This document shows positions 34,327 to 42,034 of a DNA stretch of 45,370 nucleotides, piece after piece. A program made the position numbers and the translations under genes. This stretch comes from a virus. The notes beneath the pieces are model-generated. The model saw nothing but the letters and a program-made list of their open reading frames with translations, was not told the DNA's origin and made no database searches. Numbering within the stretch: position 1 is the stretch's first letter; every line of letters begins with the position of its first letter. The stretch lies in the IMG/VR virus record IMGVR_UViG_3300045988_070668, positions 1 to 45,370 of that record; one strand, written 5' to 3'.

Positions 34327-35516
34327 CAGACGGGGCGGAAAACATTGCTTCCCAGCTCCATGAGTACATAATCCGCCAGATTGTAGACCGCATGATGATA
34401 CGCATCGGGCGGGGGGACGATTATCTCCTTACCTCCTCCGATGCGTGGCGTATCCAGGTGTTACAGGACAGCGGATACCTTTTACAGGACATCACGGCGG
34501 AGCTGGCAAAGTACACCAAACGACAGGAAAAAGAAATCAAGACGGCTATGGAGGAGGCCGGAGTCAAGGCCCTGGAATACGATGACAAGATATACCGGGC
34601 CGCCGGGCTGTCTCCCATGCCGCTGACACAGTCTCCGGCGCTTATCCGGCTAATGGAGCGCAACTATAATGCTACCTTGGGAGAATGGAACAATTACACC
34701 AGAACCACCGCACAAGCCGCACAGAGGCTTTTTCTGAACGAATGTGATTTTGCCTACAATAAAGTCATGAGCGGGGCCACAAGCTACTCACAGGCCGTCA
34801 GAGAGGCCGTGGAGAGCGTTGCGAGCGGCGGAGTGTATGTGGACTACCCTTCCGGGCACCGAGATACCATAGAGACCGCCACAGCGCGGGCAGTACGCAC
34901 TGGGATAGCCCAGGCCGCCGGAGATATATCCTTGAAACGCATGGAGGAGATGGACTGGGATATTATTCTTGTGTCGGCGCATATCGGAGCCAGAACCGGG
35001 GACGGAGGGCAAAATCCGGGCAATCATCTGTGGTGGCAAGGACAGTTTTACAGCCGGACCGGGCGTGATAAACACTTTCCAAACTTCTATGAGCGGACAG
35101 GGTACGGAACTGGTGTAGGTCTTTCGGGGTACAACTGCCGCCATTCGTTCGGATCTGGGGATGGTGTGAATAATCCGTATGCCGACATACAGACCGCTGA
35201 TAATGTCCGCGTGGAGAAACTGGAGCAACGCCAGCGCGCCCTTGAGCGTCGTGTCCGCAAGACAAAGCGGGAGGTCATGGGGCTACAAGAGGCCGTGGAT
35301 AAATGCCAGGACGAGGCGGCAAGGTTTGAATTACAGCAGACGCTTGACCGAAAGTCATACTTGTTATCTAAGCAGAATAGGGCTTATAGCGAGTTTTGCA
35401 AGGAAAACGACCTTCGCCCGCTCAATGAGAGGTTACAGATTGCCCGCTGGAGCCGCGAACAGGCCGCAAAAGCCAGAGGGGCGGCGCGGCGGTATCAAAA
35501 TGCGAAAGGGGAATGA
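34296..35516 (+). CDS. Minor capsid / head morphogenesis protein (Phage_min_cap2, SPP1 gp7 / Mu F-like)
   Basis: N-terminus LQQIADGAENIASQLHEYIIRQIVDRMM... and a central region with GARTGDGG..PGNHLWWQG...NCRH. Confidence 0.7.
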   Translation: MLDPHYLQQIADGAENIASQLHEYIIRQIVDRMMIRIGRGDDYLLTSSDAWRIQVLQDSGYLLQDITAELAKYTKRQEKEIKTAMEEAGVKALEYDDKIYRAAGLSPMPLTQSPALIRLMERNYNATLGEWNNYTRTTAQAAQRLFLNECDFAYNKVMSGATSYSQAVREAVESVASGGVYVDYPSGHRDTIETATARAVRTGIAQAAGDISLKRMEEMDWDIILVSAHIGARTGDGGQNPGNHLWWQGQFYSRTGRDKHFPNFYERTGYGTGVGLSGYNCRHSFGSGDGVNNPYADIQTADNVRVEKLEQRQRALERRVRKTKREVMGLQEAVDKCQDEAARFELQQTLDRKSYLLSKQNRAYSEFCKENDLRPLNERLQIARWSREQAAKARGAARRYQNAKGE

Positions 35517-35644
35517 TTATGCCAATTATGATACAAGGGATTATAGCAGCGAATCAAGCCAATGCAATTAGGCGGAGGAGAGAAGAGGAAGAAGAAAAAC
35601 GCAAGCGGAAAAAGGACAGTGAAGAAAGGGATCGCAAGAAGTGA
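35513..35644 (+). CDS. Small highly charged protein (43 aa)
   Basis: ATGA overlap with the upstream stop. Its own stop overlaps the GTG start of the next gene. Confidence 0.3.
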   Translation: MIMPIMIQGIIAANQANAIRRRREEEEEKRKRKKDSEERDRKK

Positions 35645-36018
35645 GCAGATGGAAACAATTCAATCCTAATCCCAGTGCCCGCCGCGTAGGCGATTGCGTT
35701 ATCCGGGCAATATGCAAGGCCCTTGATATTGACTGGGAGACGGCGTTTTCCGGCGTGATGGTCAAAGCCTGTCAGCTATCGGATATGCCGTCTGCAAATG
35801 TTGTTTGGGGAACATATCTCCGGGAGCACGGATTCCACCGAAGCATCGTGGACGACCACAGCCAGTATGTGTACACCGTAGACGACTTCTGCCGGGATCA
35901 TCCGGTGGGAACTTACATCCTGGCTATCGACGGCCATGTGGTGTGCGTACAGGACGGATTTTATTGGGATACATGGGACAGCGGACAGGAGATACCGATT
36001 TATTACTGGGAGAGATAA
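35641..36018 (+). CDS. Hypothetical protein, possible papain-fold (C39-like) cysteine peptidase
   Basis: The GDCVIRAI ... GHVVCV ... DTWDSG arrangement is compatible with a Cys/His/Asp catalytic triad. This is inference only. Confidence 0.3.
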   Translation: MSRWKQFNPNPSARRVGDCVIRAICKALDIDWETAFSGVMVKACQLSDMPSANVVWGTYLREHGFHRSIVDDHSQYVYTVDDFCRDHPVGTYILAIDGHVVCVQDGFYWDTWDSGQEIPIYYWER

Positions 36019-36019
36019 T

Positions 36020-36199
36020 ATGAGTAGATGGCTAGAGCAACTTCCGGACGGAACATACAAAGTAGATGTTTATGACAAAGAAGGCTGTAAATATTTCTGC
36101 AATGAAGTATGTTGTAATGACCAGTGCAAAATGTGTTGTGACTTTCCGGACCCAGACGAGGATTGTAAAATATGCCAATATTTTGAACCGGAGGACTGA
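36020..36199 (+). CDS. Small Cys-rich protein (59 aa)
   Basis: The internal ATG of track ORF 35936..36199 follows the stop of the upstream gene. Contains many Cys (CKYFCNEVCCNDQCKMCCDF...CKIC). Confidence 0.4.
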   Translation: MSRWLEQLPDGTYKVDVYDKEGCKYFCNEVCCNDQCKMCCDFPDPDEDCKICQYFEPED

Positions 36200-36202
36200 T
36201 AC

Positions 36203-36505
36203 ATGGACGTAATGGAGACAGTACAGACGATACTTGCAATTTGCGGAGGTATTTCCGTTATTGGCGGTGCGGCGGCGGTGATCCACAAGTGGATTGCTCC
36301 GGCAGTTAAACTAAATGACCGGGTGGAGACACTGGAAAGACACGACAAAAGAGATTATGAGGCCATGCAGGAAATCAGAGAGCGTGACAGCCTCATCATG
36401 GAAACGCTGGTGACTATGCTTAATAGCCAGATATCCGGGAACAACGTGGAGCAGTTAAAAAAAACGAGAGACAAGCTCATTTCCTATCTGGCACAGACGC
36501 AGTAA
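36203..36505 (+). CDS. N-terminally anchored membrane protein with a coiled coil (100 aa)
   Basis: TM segment ILAICGGISVIGGAAAVI followed by a charged helical region. Confidence 0.45.
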   Translation: MDVMETVQTILAICGGISVIGGAAAVIHKWIAPAVKLNDRVETLERHDKRDYEAMQEIRERDSLIMETLVTMLNSQISGNNVEQLKKTRDKLISYLAQTQ

Positions 36506-36516
36506 GGAGAATCTTT

Positions 36517-36717
36517 TTGAAGGTATATGATTTCACGGTGTTAGAACTGAATTATTTCCGTACATACTGCAACTTCACAGCAGACGAGCGCCAGCTTTTT
36601 GAACTCCGGGCGCAGAACATCCCGCTGGAAAGATGTGCAGAAATGATGAATGTGAGCGTATCCACTGTGAAAAGAATGAGCCGGAGAGTGAATAGCAAAA
36701 TTATAAGGGTGTGCTGA
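36517..36717 (+). CDS. Small sigma-70 region-4-like HTH regulator (66 aa)
   Basis: ADERQLFELRAQNIPLERCAEMMNVSVSTVKRMSRRVNSKI. Confidence 0.45.
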   Translation: MKVYDFTVLELNYFRTYCNFTADERQLFELRAQNIPLERCAEMMNVSVSTVKRMSRRVNSKIIRVC

Positions 36718-36737
36718 AAAAAATTTTAAATTACCTC

Positions 36738-36778
36738 TTGACTTTTTATGTGTTACCATTTAATATAAATGTGTAACC
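36738..36778 (+). promoter_or_regulatory. Strong promoter of immI-like module 2 with a 10-bp repeat straddling the -10
   Basis: TTGACT (36738-43), 17 nt, TAATAT (36761-66). Repeats ATGTGTTACC (36748-57) and ATGTGTAACC (36769-78) are 21 bp apart. Confidence 0.6.
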
Positions 36779-36801
36779 AAAAAAGGAAAGGAGAGAGGGA
36801 A

Positions 36802-36981
36802 ATGTCACCAGCAAAGGGACGACCGCCATCAAAAGACCCAAAGAGGAATGATACCAGAATACGGCTTACAGATTCGGAAGCTGAAAAACTGGAATATTGC
36901 TCCCAAAAAACAGGAATGACTAAGGCAGACATTATCCGAAAGGGAATTGATATGGTCTATGCTGAGGTTACAAAAAAATAG
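36802..36981 (+). CDS. Ribbon-helix-helix (Arc/CopG-like) protein, 59 aa (RHH-2)
   Basis: MSPAKGRPPSKDPKRNDTRIRLTDSEAEKLEYCSQKTGMTKADIIRKGIDMVYAEVTKK has the same architecture as RHH-1. ATG after GGAGAGAGGG. Confidence 0.75.
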   Translation: MSPAKGRPPSKDPKRNDTRIRLTDSEAEKLEYCSQKTGMTKADIIRKGIDMVYAEVTKK

Positions 36982-37038
36982 AGTGTTGCTACCCTCGACA
37001 AGTACGCCAACACTCTACGCAAGAAGTTTCCTTCTTAT
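36972..37038 (-). ncRNA. Predicted ~67-nt antisense RNA (sar-like) of immI-like module 2
   Basis: Minus-strand promoter TTGAAA-17-TATGAT (37072..37044). A 9-bp hairpin AGAGTGTTG/CAACACTCT (37016..36980) is followed by T7 (36978..36972). The geometry is the same as in module 1. Confidence 0.4.
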
Positions 37039-37043
37039 GAAAT

Positions 37044-37072
37044 ATCATATCATAAGAGGGAACTTCTTTCAA
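37044..37072 (-). promoter_or_regulatory. Sigma-70-type promoter for antisense RNA 2
   Basis: Minus-strand -35 TTGAAA (37072..37067), 17-nt spacer, -10 TATGAT (37049..37044). Confidence 0.45.
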
Positions 37073-37098
37073 GACGAATCGAAAGGAGTTTTTTATTT

Positions 37099-37452
37099 AT
37101 GAGCAAAGAACAGCACACCTCTAACGAGATAAAGGTAACGGAGATTATTGAAGAACTGAAAGAGGAACTTCGCAAGAAAGATGGTTTATTGGAAGATTGT
37201 TTGAGGGATTTGAAATACACCCAAAAAGCATTACTTATGATAAAGGATAAGTATGAATGGGGGAGTGTTCCCGATGTGGCGGAGGTTTATAAGGTTGCTA
37301 CAACTCCATGTCCTATAAAGAACTGTACAGAGAAAGAAATACGCTCATGGGAGTATGTATTGGGGTATGAGGAAATCATGTTCCTAATTAATGTTGCGTT
37401 TGACTATTGTTTTAGAACAGAAGAAGAAATTTCACGGGAGGTATGCAGATGA
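37099..37452 (+). CDS. Hypothetical protein (117 aa), middle gene of module 2
   Basis: ATG after GAAAGGAG. Overlaps the start of the antirepressor. Confidence 0.55.
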   Translation: MSKEQHTSNEIKVTEIIEELKEELRKKDGLLEDCLRDLKYTQKALLMIKDKYEWGSVPDVAEVYKVATTPCPIKNCTEKEIRSWEYVLGYEEIMFLINVAFDYCFRTEEEISREVCR

Positions 37453-38207
37453 ATGAACTTGTGAATACAGCAACACAGACACCGATTGAGGTAGCTTTAG
37501 GGATTGACGAGAACGGAATGACAACGGCGAGGGCATTATTTTCTTTTCTTGGCATGAGCAGAAATAACTATTCCAGGTGGTTTAGAAACAATCTTATAGA
37601 TAATGAGTTTGCAGAGGAAAATGTTGATTATTTCCCATTCCTCACTAATGAGGAATGCGGAGGACAGGCATCTCAAGACGCAAAATTGACCGCCAGTTTT
37701 GCCAAGAAACTCTCCATGATGTCAAAGAGCGAAAAAGGCGAACGGGCCCGTCAGTATTTCGTCAAAGTAGAGGACGGAATGAAAGAGCTTGCAATCCGAT
37801 TTCAGAATATGTCCCCGGAACTGCGGGCGGTTCTGGTAGTAGACAGGCGCGTAACGAAGATTGAGGAAAAGACGGACGGACTGCGGCAGGAATTTGAAGA
37901 TTTCAAGAACGACATGCCTATTCTGGGCGTAGAGGAAGGGAAGATTACCACAGCAATCCATCGGAAGGGCGTGGAGTGCCTGGGTGGGAAACAGTCCAAT
38001 GCGTACAACAATAAGAGTTTGCGTGCTACGTTATATTCGGATATGCACCGCCAGCTTAAAAGGGAGTTTGGCGTAAGTACATACAAGGCAATCAAGCGGA
38101 ATCAGACCGATTTAGCAGTACGGATCATCGAAGCATATAAGCCACCGCTAGTGATTGCAGAGCGTATTGAAAGTGAAAATGCACAGGAAAATTTATTTGT
38201 AGGATAA
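37443..38207 (+). CDS. AntA/AntB-type antirepressor with an ORF6C-like C-terminal domain
   Basis: MTTARALFSFLGM...YSRWFRNNL...AKKLSMMSKSEKGERARQYF matches AntA. GGKQSNAYNNKSLRATLYSDMHRQLKREFGVSTYKAIKR matches ORF6C. Confidence 0.8.
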   Translation: MQMNELVNTATQTPIEVALGIDENGMTTARALFSFLGMSRNNYSRWFRNNLIDNEFAEENVDYFPFLTNEECGGQASQDAKLTASFAKKLSMMSKSEKGERARQYFVKVEDGMKELAIRFQNMSPELRAVLVVDRRVTKIEEKTDGLRQEFEDFKNDMPILGVEEGKITTAIHRKGVECLGGKQSNAYNNKSLRATLYSDMHRQLKREFGVSTYKAIKRNQTDLAVRIIEAYKPPLVIAERIESENAQENLFVG

Positions 38208-38224
38208 CTTATTTGATACTTTAG

Positions 38225-38259
38225 GGAGCCTTAAATGAACTGTTAAGGCTCCTGTTTTT
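38225..38259 (+). terminator. Rho-independent terminator after module 2
   Basis: GGAGCCTTAA / TTAAGGCTCC stem followed by TGTTTTT. Confidence 0.75.
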
Positions 38260-38267
38260 ATGCCATA

Positions 38268-38300
38268 ATTTAGTCATACAAAGTCATTGATTTAGTCATA
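38268..38300. promoter_or_regulatory. Direct repeats ATTTAGTCATA x2, with AGTCAT three times at 10-12-bp phasing
   Basis: 38268-78 and 38290-300 are identical. A third AGTCAT lies at 38282-87. The site sits just upstream of the RBS of 38313. Confidence 0.35.
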
Positions 38301-38312
38301 GGAGGGACAGGC

Positions 38313-38780
38313 ATGGCATTACCATACACGCCTGGATATGGGTACAATCCGTATCAGTTTGGGCAAATGAATCCATTACAGCCGCAAATGGACCGGCTGG
38401 CGCAGATGCAGGCCCAGTATCAGCAACCGCAGCAATCCCAGCAAGTAAACCAGGGGATTCTATGGGTCCAGGGCGAGGCGGGAGCTAAGTCGTATCTTGT
38501 GGCTCCAAACACAAGCGTCCTTCTGATGGATTCAGAAAACTCCAATTTTTACATAAAGACCACAGATGCCGCCGGGATGCCGACGCTTCGGACGTTTGCT
38601 TATAAAGAGGTTGTTTTTGGCTCACAGGAGCCGCAGAAACAGGCAGAAATAAACCTTGACGATAAATATGTCACCAGACAGGAATATGACGATTTACGGG
38701 GCAAATACGAAGAGTTATACAGCTATCTTGAAACGGCGACAAAACCAGAAGGAGGTAAGCATGGCGAATCCATTGTTTAA
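38313..38780 (+). CDS. Gln/Pro-rich hypothetical protein (155 aa)
   Basis: Low-complexity N-terminus (QPQMDRLAQMQAQYQQPQQSQQ), then GILWVQGEAGAKSYLVAPNTSVLLMDSENSNFYIKTTDAAGMP. Confidence 0.55.
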   Translation: MALPYTPGYGYNPYQFGQMNPLQPQMDRLAQMQAQYQQPQQSQQVNQGILWVQGEAGAKSYLVAPNTSVLLMDSENSNFYIKTTDAAGMPTLRTFAYKEVVFGSQEPQKQAEINLDDKYVTRQEYDDLRGKYEELYSYLETATKPEGGKHGESIV

Positions 38781-38970
38781 CGCTTTGAATGGTGGGGGTC
38801 CATATAGAATGATGGAACAGTTCCAGCGTTTCCGGAAAGAAATGGAAGGCAAGAACCCCAATGAAGAGATCAACAAACTGTTACAGTCTGGCCGGATAAG
38901 CCAGCAGCAACTTAATCAAGCTCAGCAAATGGCTCAGCATATGCAGGGGTTGTTTAAAGGAATAAAATAG
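38761..38970 (+). CDS. Hypothetical protein (69 aa)
   Basis: ATG after GAAGGAGG. Overlaps the end of the upstream gene. Internal start of track ORF 38656..38970. Confidence 0.45.
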   Translation: MANPLFNALNGGGPYRMMEQFQRFRKEMEGKNPNEEINKLLQSGRISQQQLNQAQQMAQHMQGLFKGIK

Positions 38971-38999
38971 GTGGATGTTTTCGTACATCCACCTATAGA

Positions 39000-39668
39000 C
39001 TATACAGGTTTTCTTTTTCCATTTACAGGGGTTTGAAGTATTTCTTCTGTACTCCATCCCCTTTGGTAACGATGTTGTAAAATGCCACGTTTTATACAAA
39101 GTTCCTTTGACCATTGAGATAATGTCATTGATTTTCCATTAAATTTCAATATAACATTATCCCTTTTGTTGTTTGATTGCTGCGATATAGTTGCCCATCT
39201 GCAATTTTGCGGGCAATAATCTCCATTGTTGTCGATTCTATCAAGACTGTGCCTATAAGGTTTTCCTCCGATAGAATCAGACCATTCAACAAAATTTGAA
39301 AAACTGTGCCATTCATCACAAACTTTTATTCCTCTACCTCCATAGTGGTAATAAGCTTTGTTGTTTGGGTTTTCACAACGGTTAATCATGTTTTTCCAGG
39401 TTCCATATAATGGATGTTTACTGCACCCGGGATATGATCCGGCAAGAGACATTCTCAAACATCCGCAACTTTTGACAACGCCTTTTTTAAATTGAGATGG
39501 AGTAATTCTCGTTTCGTTACCACAGTCGCATATACATTTTAAATACCAGCACTTATCACTTGGTAATCTTTCAGAGATTCCTATAACAGTTAAATGATGT
39601 ACTTTTTTTCCAATGTAATCATTGATTTTAAAATGCGGATGTTGTGGAATTTGGATAGATTTTTGCAT
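39000..39668 (-). CDS. HNH/AP2-like DNA-binding or homing-endonuclease-like protein (222 aa)
   Basis: Motifs YGTWKNMINRC...YYHYGGRGIKVCDEW..F.NF..W...LDRIDNNGDYCPQNCRWAT..QQSNN. AT-rich and on the opposite strand to all neighbouring genes. Confidence 0.45.
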   Translation of the reverse strand: MQKSIQIPQHPHFKINDYIGKKVHHLTVIGISERLPSDKCWYLKCICDCGNETRITPSQFKKGVVKSCGCLRMSLAGSYPGCSKHPLYGTWKNMINRCENPNNKAYYHYGGRGIKVCDEWHSFSNFVEWSDSIGGKPYRHSLDRIDNNGDYCPQNCRWATISQQSNNKRDNVILKFNGKSMTLSQWSKELCIKRGILQHRYQRGWSTEEILQTPVNGKRKPV

Positions 39669-39790
39669 AAAAATAACACCTGTCCTTTCAGTGTGTCGGT
39701 CCTACCAATAAAAGTGTGGAAATTGCTAGGACTTGCAACTTTCGCCCCGTCGGGCTATCCACACATTATTATTATAACATAATTTAAAAG

Positions 39791-39817
39791 AATGTACATT
39801 ACTGTTTGCGCAAACAG
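39791..39817. promoter_or_regulatory. Two adjacent perfect palindromes upstream of the Gly/Cys-rich cassette
   Basis: AATGTACATT (39791-800) and CTGTTTGCGCAAACAG (39802-17), about 30 nt upstream of ATG 39846. Confidence 0.35.
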
Positions 39818-39845
39818 ATGTAAATAAATCAAAGGAGTAAAAAAT

Positions 39846-40550
39846 ATGGACACTACTTATAGTCTAGCAGATATTGCTGCTGCTACTGGTGGCAATAGAA
39901 ACAATGATGGCTTCGGAGACGGAAACGGTTGGTGGATTATTCTCTTTTTACTGATTTGTGGTTGTGGAGGATATGGCTTCGGCGGCTGGGGCGGAAATGG
40001 TGGAGGCGCAAACTCTCCGGCATTCCAGGGATATGCGACCCGCGCTGACATCGACGCAGCACTGTCCACACAGGGAATCGAAAACGGTATCCAGAACCTT
40101 TCCGGTCAGCTTTGCAACGGCCTTGCTGGTGTAAATGCAAATCTGTCCAATCTGGGTTATCAAATGCAGCAGTGTTGCTGCGACACCAGAGAGGCAATCG
40201 CTGGCGTAAACTACAACATGGCAGCGCAGACTAACATCCTCCAGAATACCGTAAACAACGGATTCCGCGATGTGATCGAGGCGCAGAATGCCGGGACCCA
40301 GCGCATCATTGATCTGTTCACGCAGGACAAGATCCAGTCCTTACAGACTGAGTTACAGTCCGCACAGCTCCAGCTGTCCAACAATACACAGACCAGCAAA
40401 ATTAATGCACAGATCGACAGCATTATCAACGTGCTGAGACCTATACCGGTACCCTCTTATCCGGTAATGTCCCCGTATACATCCATCATCAATCCGACAG
40501 GCTTTAGCTTTGGCGGCGGTTGTGGATGTAACGCAGGATGCGGATGCTAA
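39846..40550 (+). CDS. Gly-rich, Cys-rich membrane protein (234 aa)
   Basis: The N-terminus GFGDGNGWWIILFLLICGCGGYGFGGWGGNGGG resembles YjcZ-like Gly-rich peptides. There is a central CCCDT motif, a Q/N-rich coiled region and a C-terminus GGGCGCNAGCGC. Confidence 0.55.
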   Translation: MDTTYSLADIAAATGGNRNNDGFGDGNGWWIILFLLICGCGGYGFGGWGGNGGGANSPAFQGYATRADIDAALSTQGIENGIQNLSGQLCNGLAGVNANLSNLGYQMQQCCCDTREAIAGVNYNMAAQTNILQNTVNNGFRDVIEAQNAGTQRIIDLFTQDKIQSLQTELQSAQLQLSNNTQTSKINAQIDSIINVLRPIPVPSYPVMSPYTSIINPTGFSFGGGCGCNAGCGC

Positions 40551-40618
40551 AACTGCATACGGAGTATCTTCATAGCACATTGCTATGATGTTCGGCTGAT
40601 GCCGTTATTACGCAGATG

Positions 40619-40644
40619 GGACAGGCCGAAAAGCCTGTCCTTTT
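40619..40644 (+). terminator. Rho-independent terminator
   Basis: GGACAGGC-cgaaaa-GCCTGTCC-TTTT. Confidence 0.7.
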
Positions 40645-40663
40645 GCGCAGAAGGGAGAATATT

Positions 40664-41074
40664 ATGATTGAGTTAGTAAATACAGCGCCAGTTACTGTGC
40701 CGGTAGGCCAGTCAATCCCGTTTTCGGTGGTTGCCACAAAGGGAGGATGCGCGGAAAGGCACAGGGCCGGGAGCGCACAGATCACGCTTGCGAAGCCCGG
40801 TAGATATCTGGTTACATTTTCCGGTAATGTCGCAGTACCGACCGGAGAAACGGTAGGAGAAGTGGCCCTGGGAATCGCCAGAGACGGAGAAATCCTCGGC
40901 GGGACGGTCATGCGCGCTACTCCGGCAGCCGTAGAACAGTATTTTAATGTATCGTCCCAGACATACGTTGACGTGTTCTGCGGATGCTGCGAAAACGTTT
41001 CTGTTAAAAACGCCGGAACGATTCCGGTCCTGGTAGACAACCCGAACATTACAGCTGTCCGGGTATGCGGTTAA
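40664..41074 (+). CDS. TNF/C1q-like (BclA-C / ExsF-like) jelly-roll protein (136 aa)
   Basis: ATG after AAGGGAG. The track start at 40616 lies inside the terminator. The pattern IPFS...ITLAKPGRYLVTFSGNV...VALGIARDGEILGGT...NVSVKNAG..PVLVDN.NITAVRV is typical of exosporium-type TNF-like domains. Confidence 0.4.
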   Translation: MIELVNTAPVTVPVGQSIPFSVVATKGGCAERHRAGSAQITLAKPGRYLVTFSGNVAVPTGETVGEVALGIARDGEILGGTVMRATPAAVEQYFNVSSQTYVDVFCGCCENVSVKNAGTIPVLVDNPNITAVRVCG

Positions 41075-41086
41075 GGAGGGCAGGCC

Positions 41087-41638
41087 ATGAGTTATAAATT
41101 AATGCAAAATATCCGGGAGGAACTGGATAAAATCGCGGAAAAGGGTCTGAACACAGGGAACCTTGAAACCGCATACAAACTTATTGACATGCTGAAGGAC
41201 ATGGAGAACGTCGAATACTGGAAATGCAAAGAGGGCTATTACAATGCGGTCCTTGACGAGATGGAAGGTAGCCGTGGCCAGAGCGATTACAGCGAGAGAC
41301 GAAAACGTGACAGCATGGGACGGTACAGCCGGGAGGATGGAAGAACCATGCCGGACTATGAAAACGGGTCCTCTTATGCCCGCCGCGGCGAGCATTATGT
41401 AAGAGGCCATTACAGCCGGGCCAATGGTGCCAACGACCCGTATGCTGAGTACATGGACAGCAAACAGTCTTACCGTAATGGTAAATCTGAGGACTGCAAG
41501 CGGCGTATGCTGGCCGCCCTGGAGGAGCACATGGATGCTTTGACCGAGGAGCTGGGAGATATGAGTCGGGATTCAGATTGCAGAGAAGAGAGGGAGACCA
41601 TCTCTCGTTATGTGGACAAACTGCGTAAGATGATGTAA
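41087..41638 (+). CDS. Hypothetical charged helical protein (183 aa)
   Basis: ATG after AAGGAGGG. Helical N- and C-termini flank an R/S/Y/D-rich low-complexity centre. Confidence 0.5.
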   Translation: MSYKLMQNIREELDKIAEKGLNTGNLETAYKLIDMLKDMENVEYWKCKEGYYNAVLDEMEGSRGQSDYSERRKRDSMGRYSREDGRTMPDYENGSSYARRGEHYVRGHYSRANGANDPYAEYMDSKQSYRNGKSEDCKRRMLAALEEHMDALTEELGDMSRDSDCREERETISRYVDKLRKMM

Positions 41639-41643
41639 ATGGA

Positions 41644-41669
41644 GGCGGTGGGGAGACTCACCGCCTTTT
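41644..41669 (+). terminator. Rho-independent terminator
   Basis: GGCGGTG-gggagact-CACCGCC-TTTT. Confidence 0.75.
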
Positions 41670-41818
41670 GAAAACGAAAAAACGTGCTGAGAGGTAAAAT
41701 AGAAAAATGTGGTAAAATAGTATCAAGGAAGCAATATGACATTTATAGTATGGATTTGCATAACCCCGCGCAAGCCATACTTTTCCAATATTTGTTACAT
41801 ACCTCCTTTCAGATGATT

Positions 41819-41871
41819 GCGCACAGCCTTAACGGAAGGTTGAAAATGCGGTTCGATTCCGTCTGTGTGCA
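41819..41871 (+). ncRNA. tRNA-like minihelix (acceptor stem plus T-arm, no anticodon arm)
   Basis: A 7-bp acceptor stem GCGCACA/TGTGTGC (one G-U pair), a T-arm with a canonical TTCGATT loop (41847-63) and a small internal hairpin CCTT-aacgg-AAGG. At only 53 nt it is too short for a tRNA. Confidence 0.3.
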
Positions 41872-41887
41872 ATCCTGCGAAATGCAA

Positions 41888-41965
41888 TCGTGGGACTCTT
41901 CATTCTCAATGTAATTCCAACAATCGTGAAAGGCATACGGCCGGGTTCGAGTCCCGGCACACGAT
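41888..41965 (+). ncRNA. Second tRNA-like element (canonical T-arm; imperfect acceptor; no foldable D or anticodon arms)
   Basis: T-arm CCGGG-TTCGAGT-CCCGG (41941-57). The 3' strand CACACGA can pair with TCGTGGG (41888-94) with one mismatch. The interior does not fold as a cloverleaf by eye. Confidence 0.2.
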
Positions 41966-42005
41966 GTAGGCGCATTGTTGAGACGGCGCCGATCATTACG
42001 CTTTT

Positions 42006-42034
42006 CGCCCGGTTCGCTACCCCCGGGCGTTTTT
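42006..42034 (+). terminator. Hairpin plus T-run immediately upstream of the tRNA
   Basis: CGCCCGG-ttcgctaccc-CCGGGCG-TTTTT. Confidence 0.5.

Noticed and set aside
41684-41914. 76-aa ORF in the RNA locus
   Set aside because: It has a non-ATG start and no RBS. It crosses hairpins, a terminator-like structure and a tRNA-like element, so the region is better explained as non-coding.
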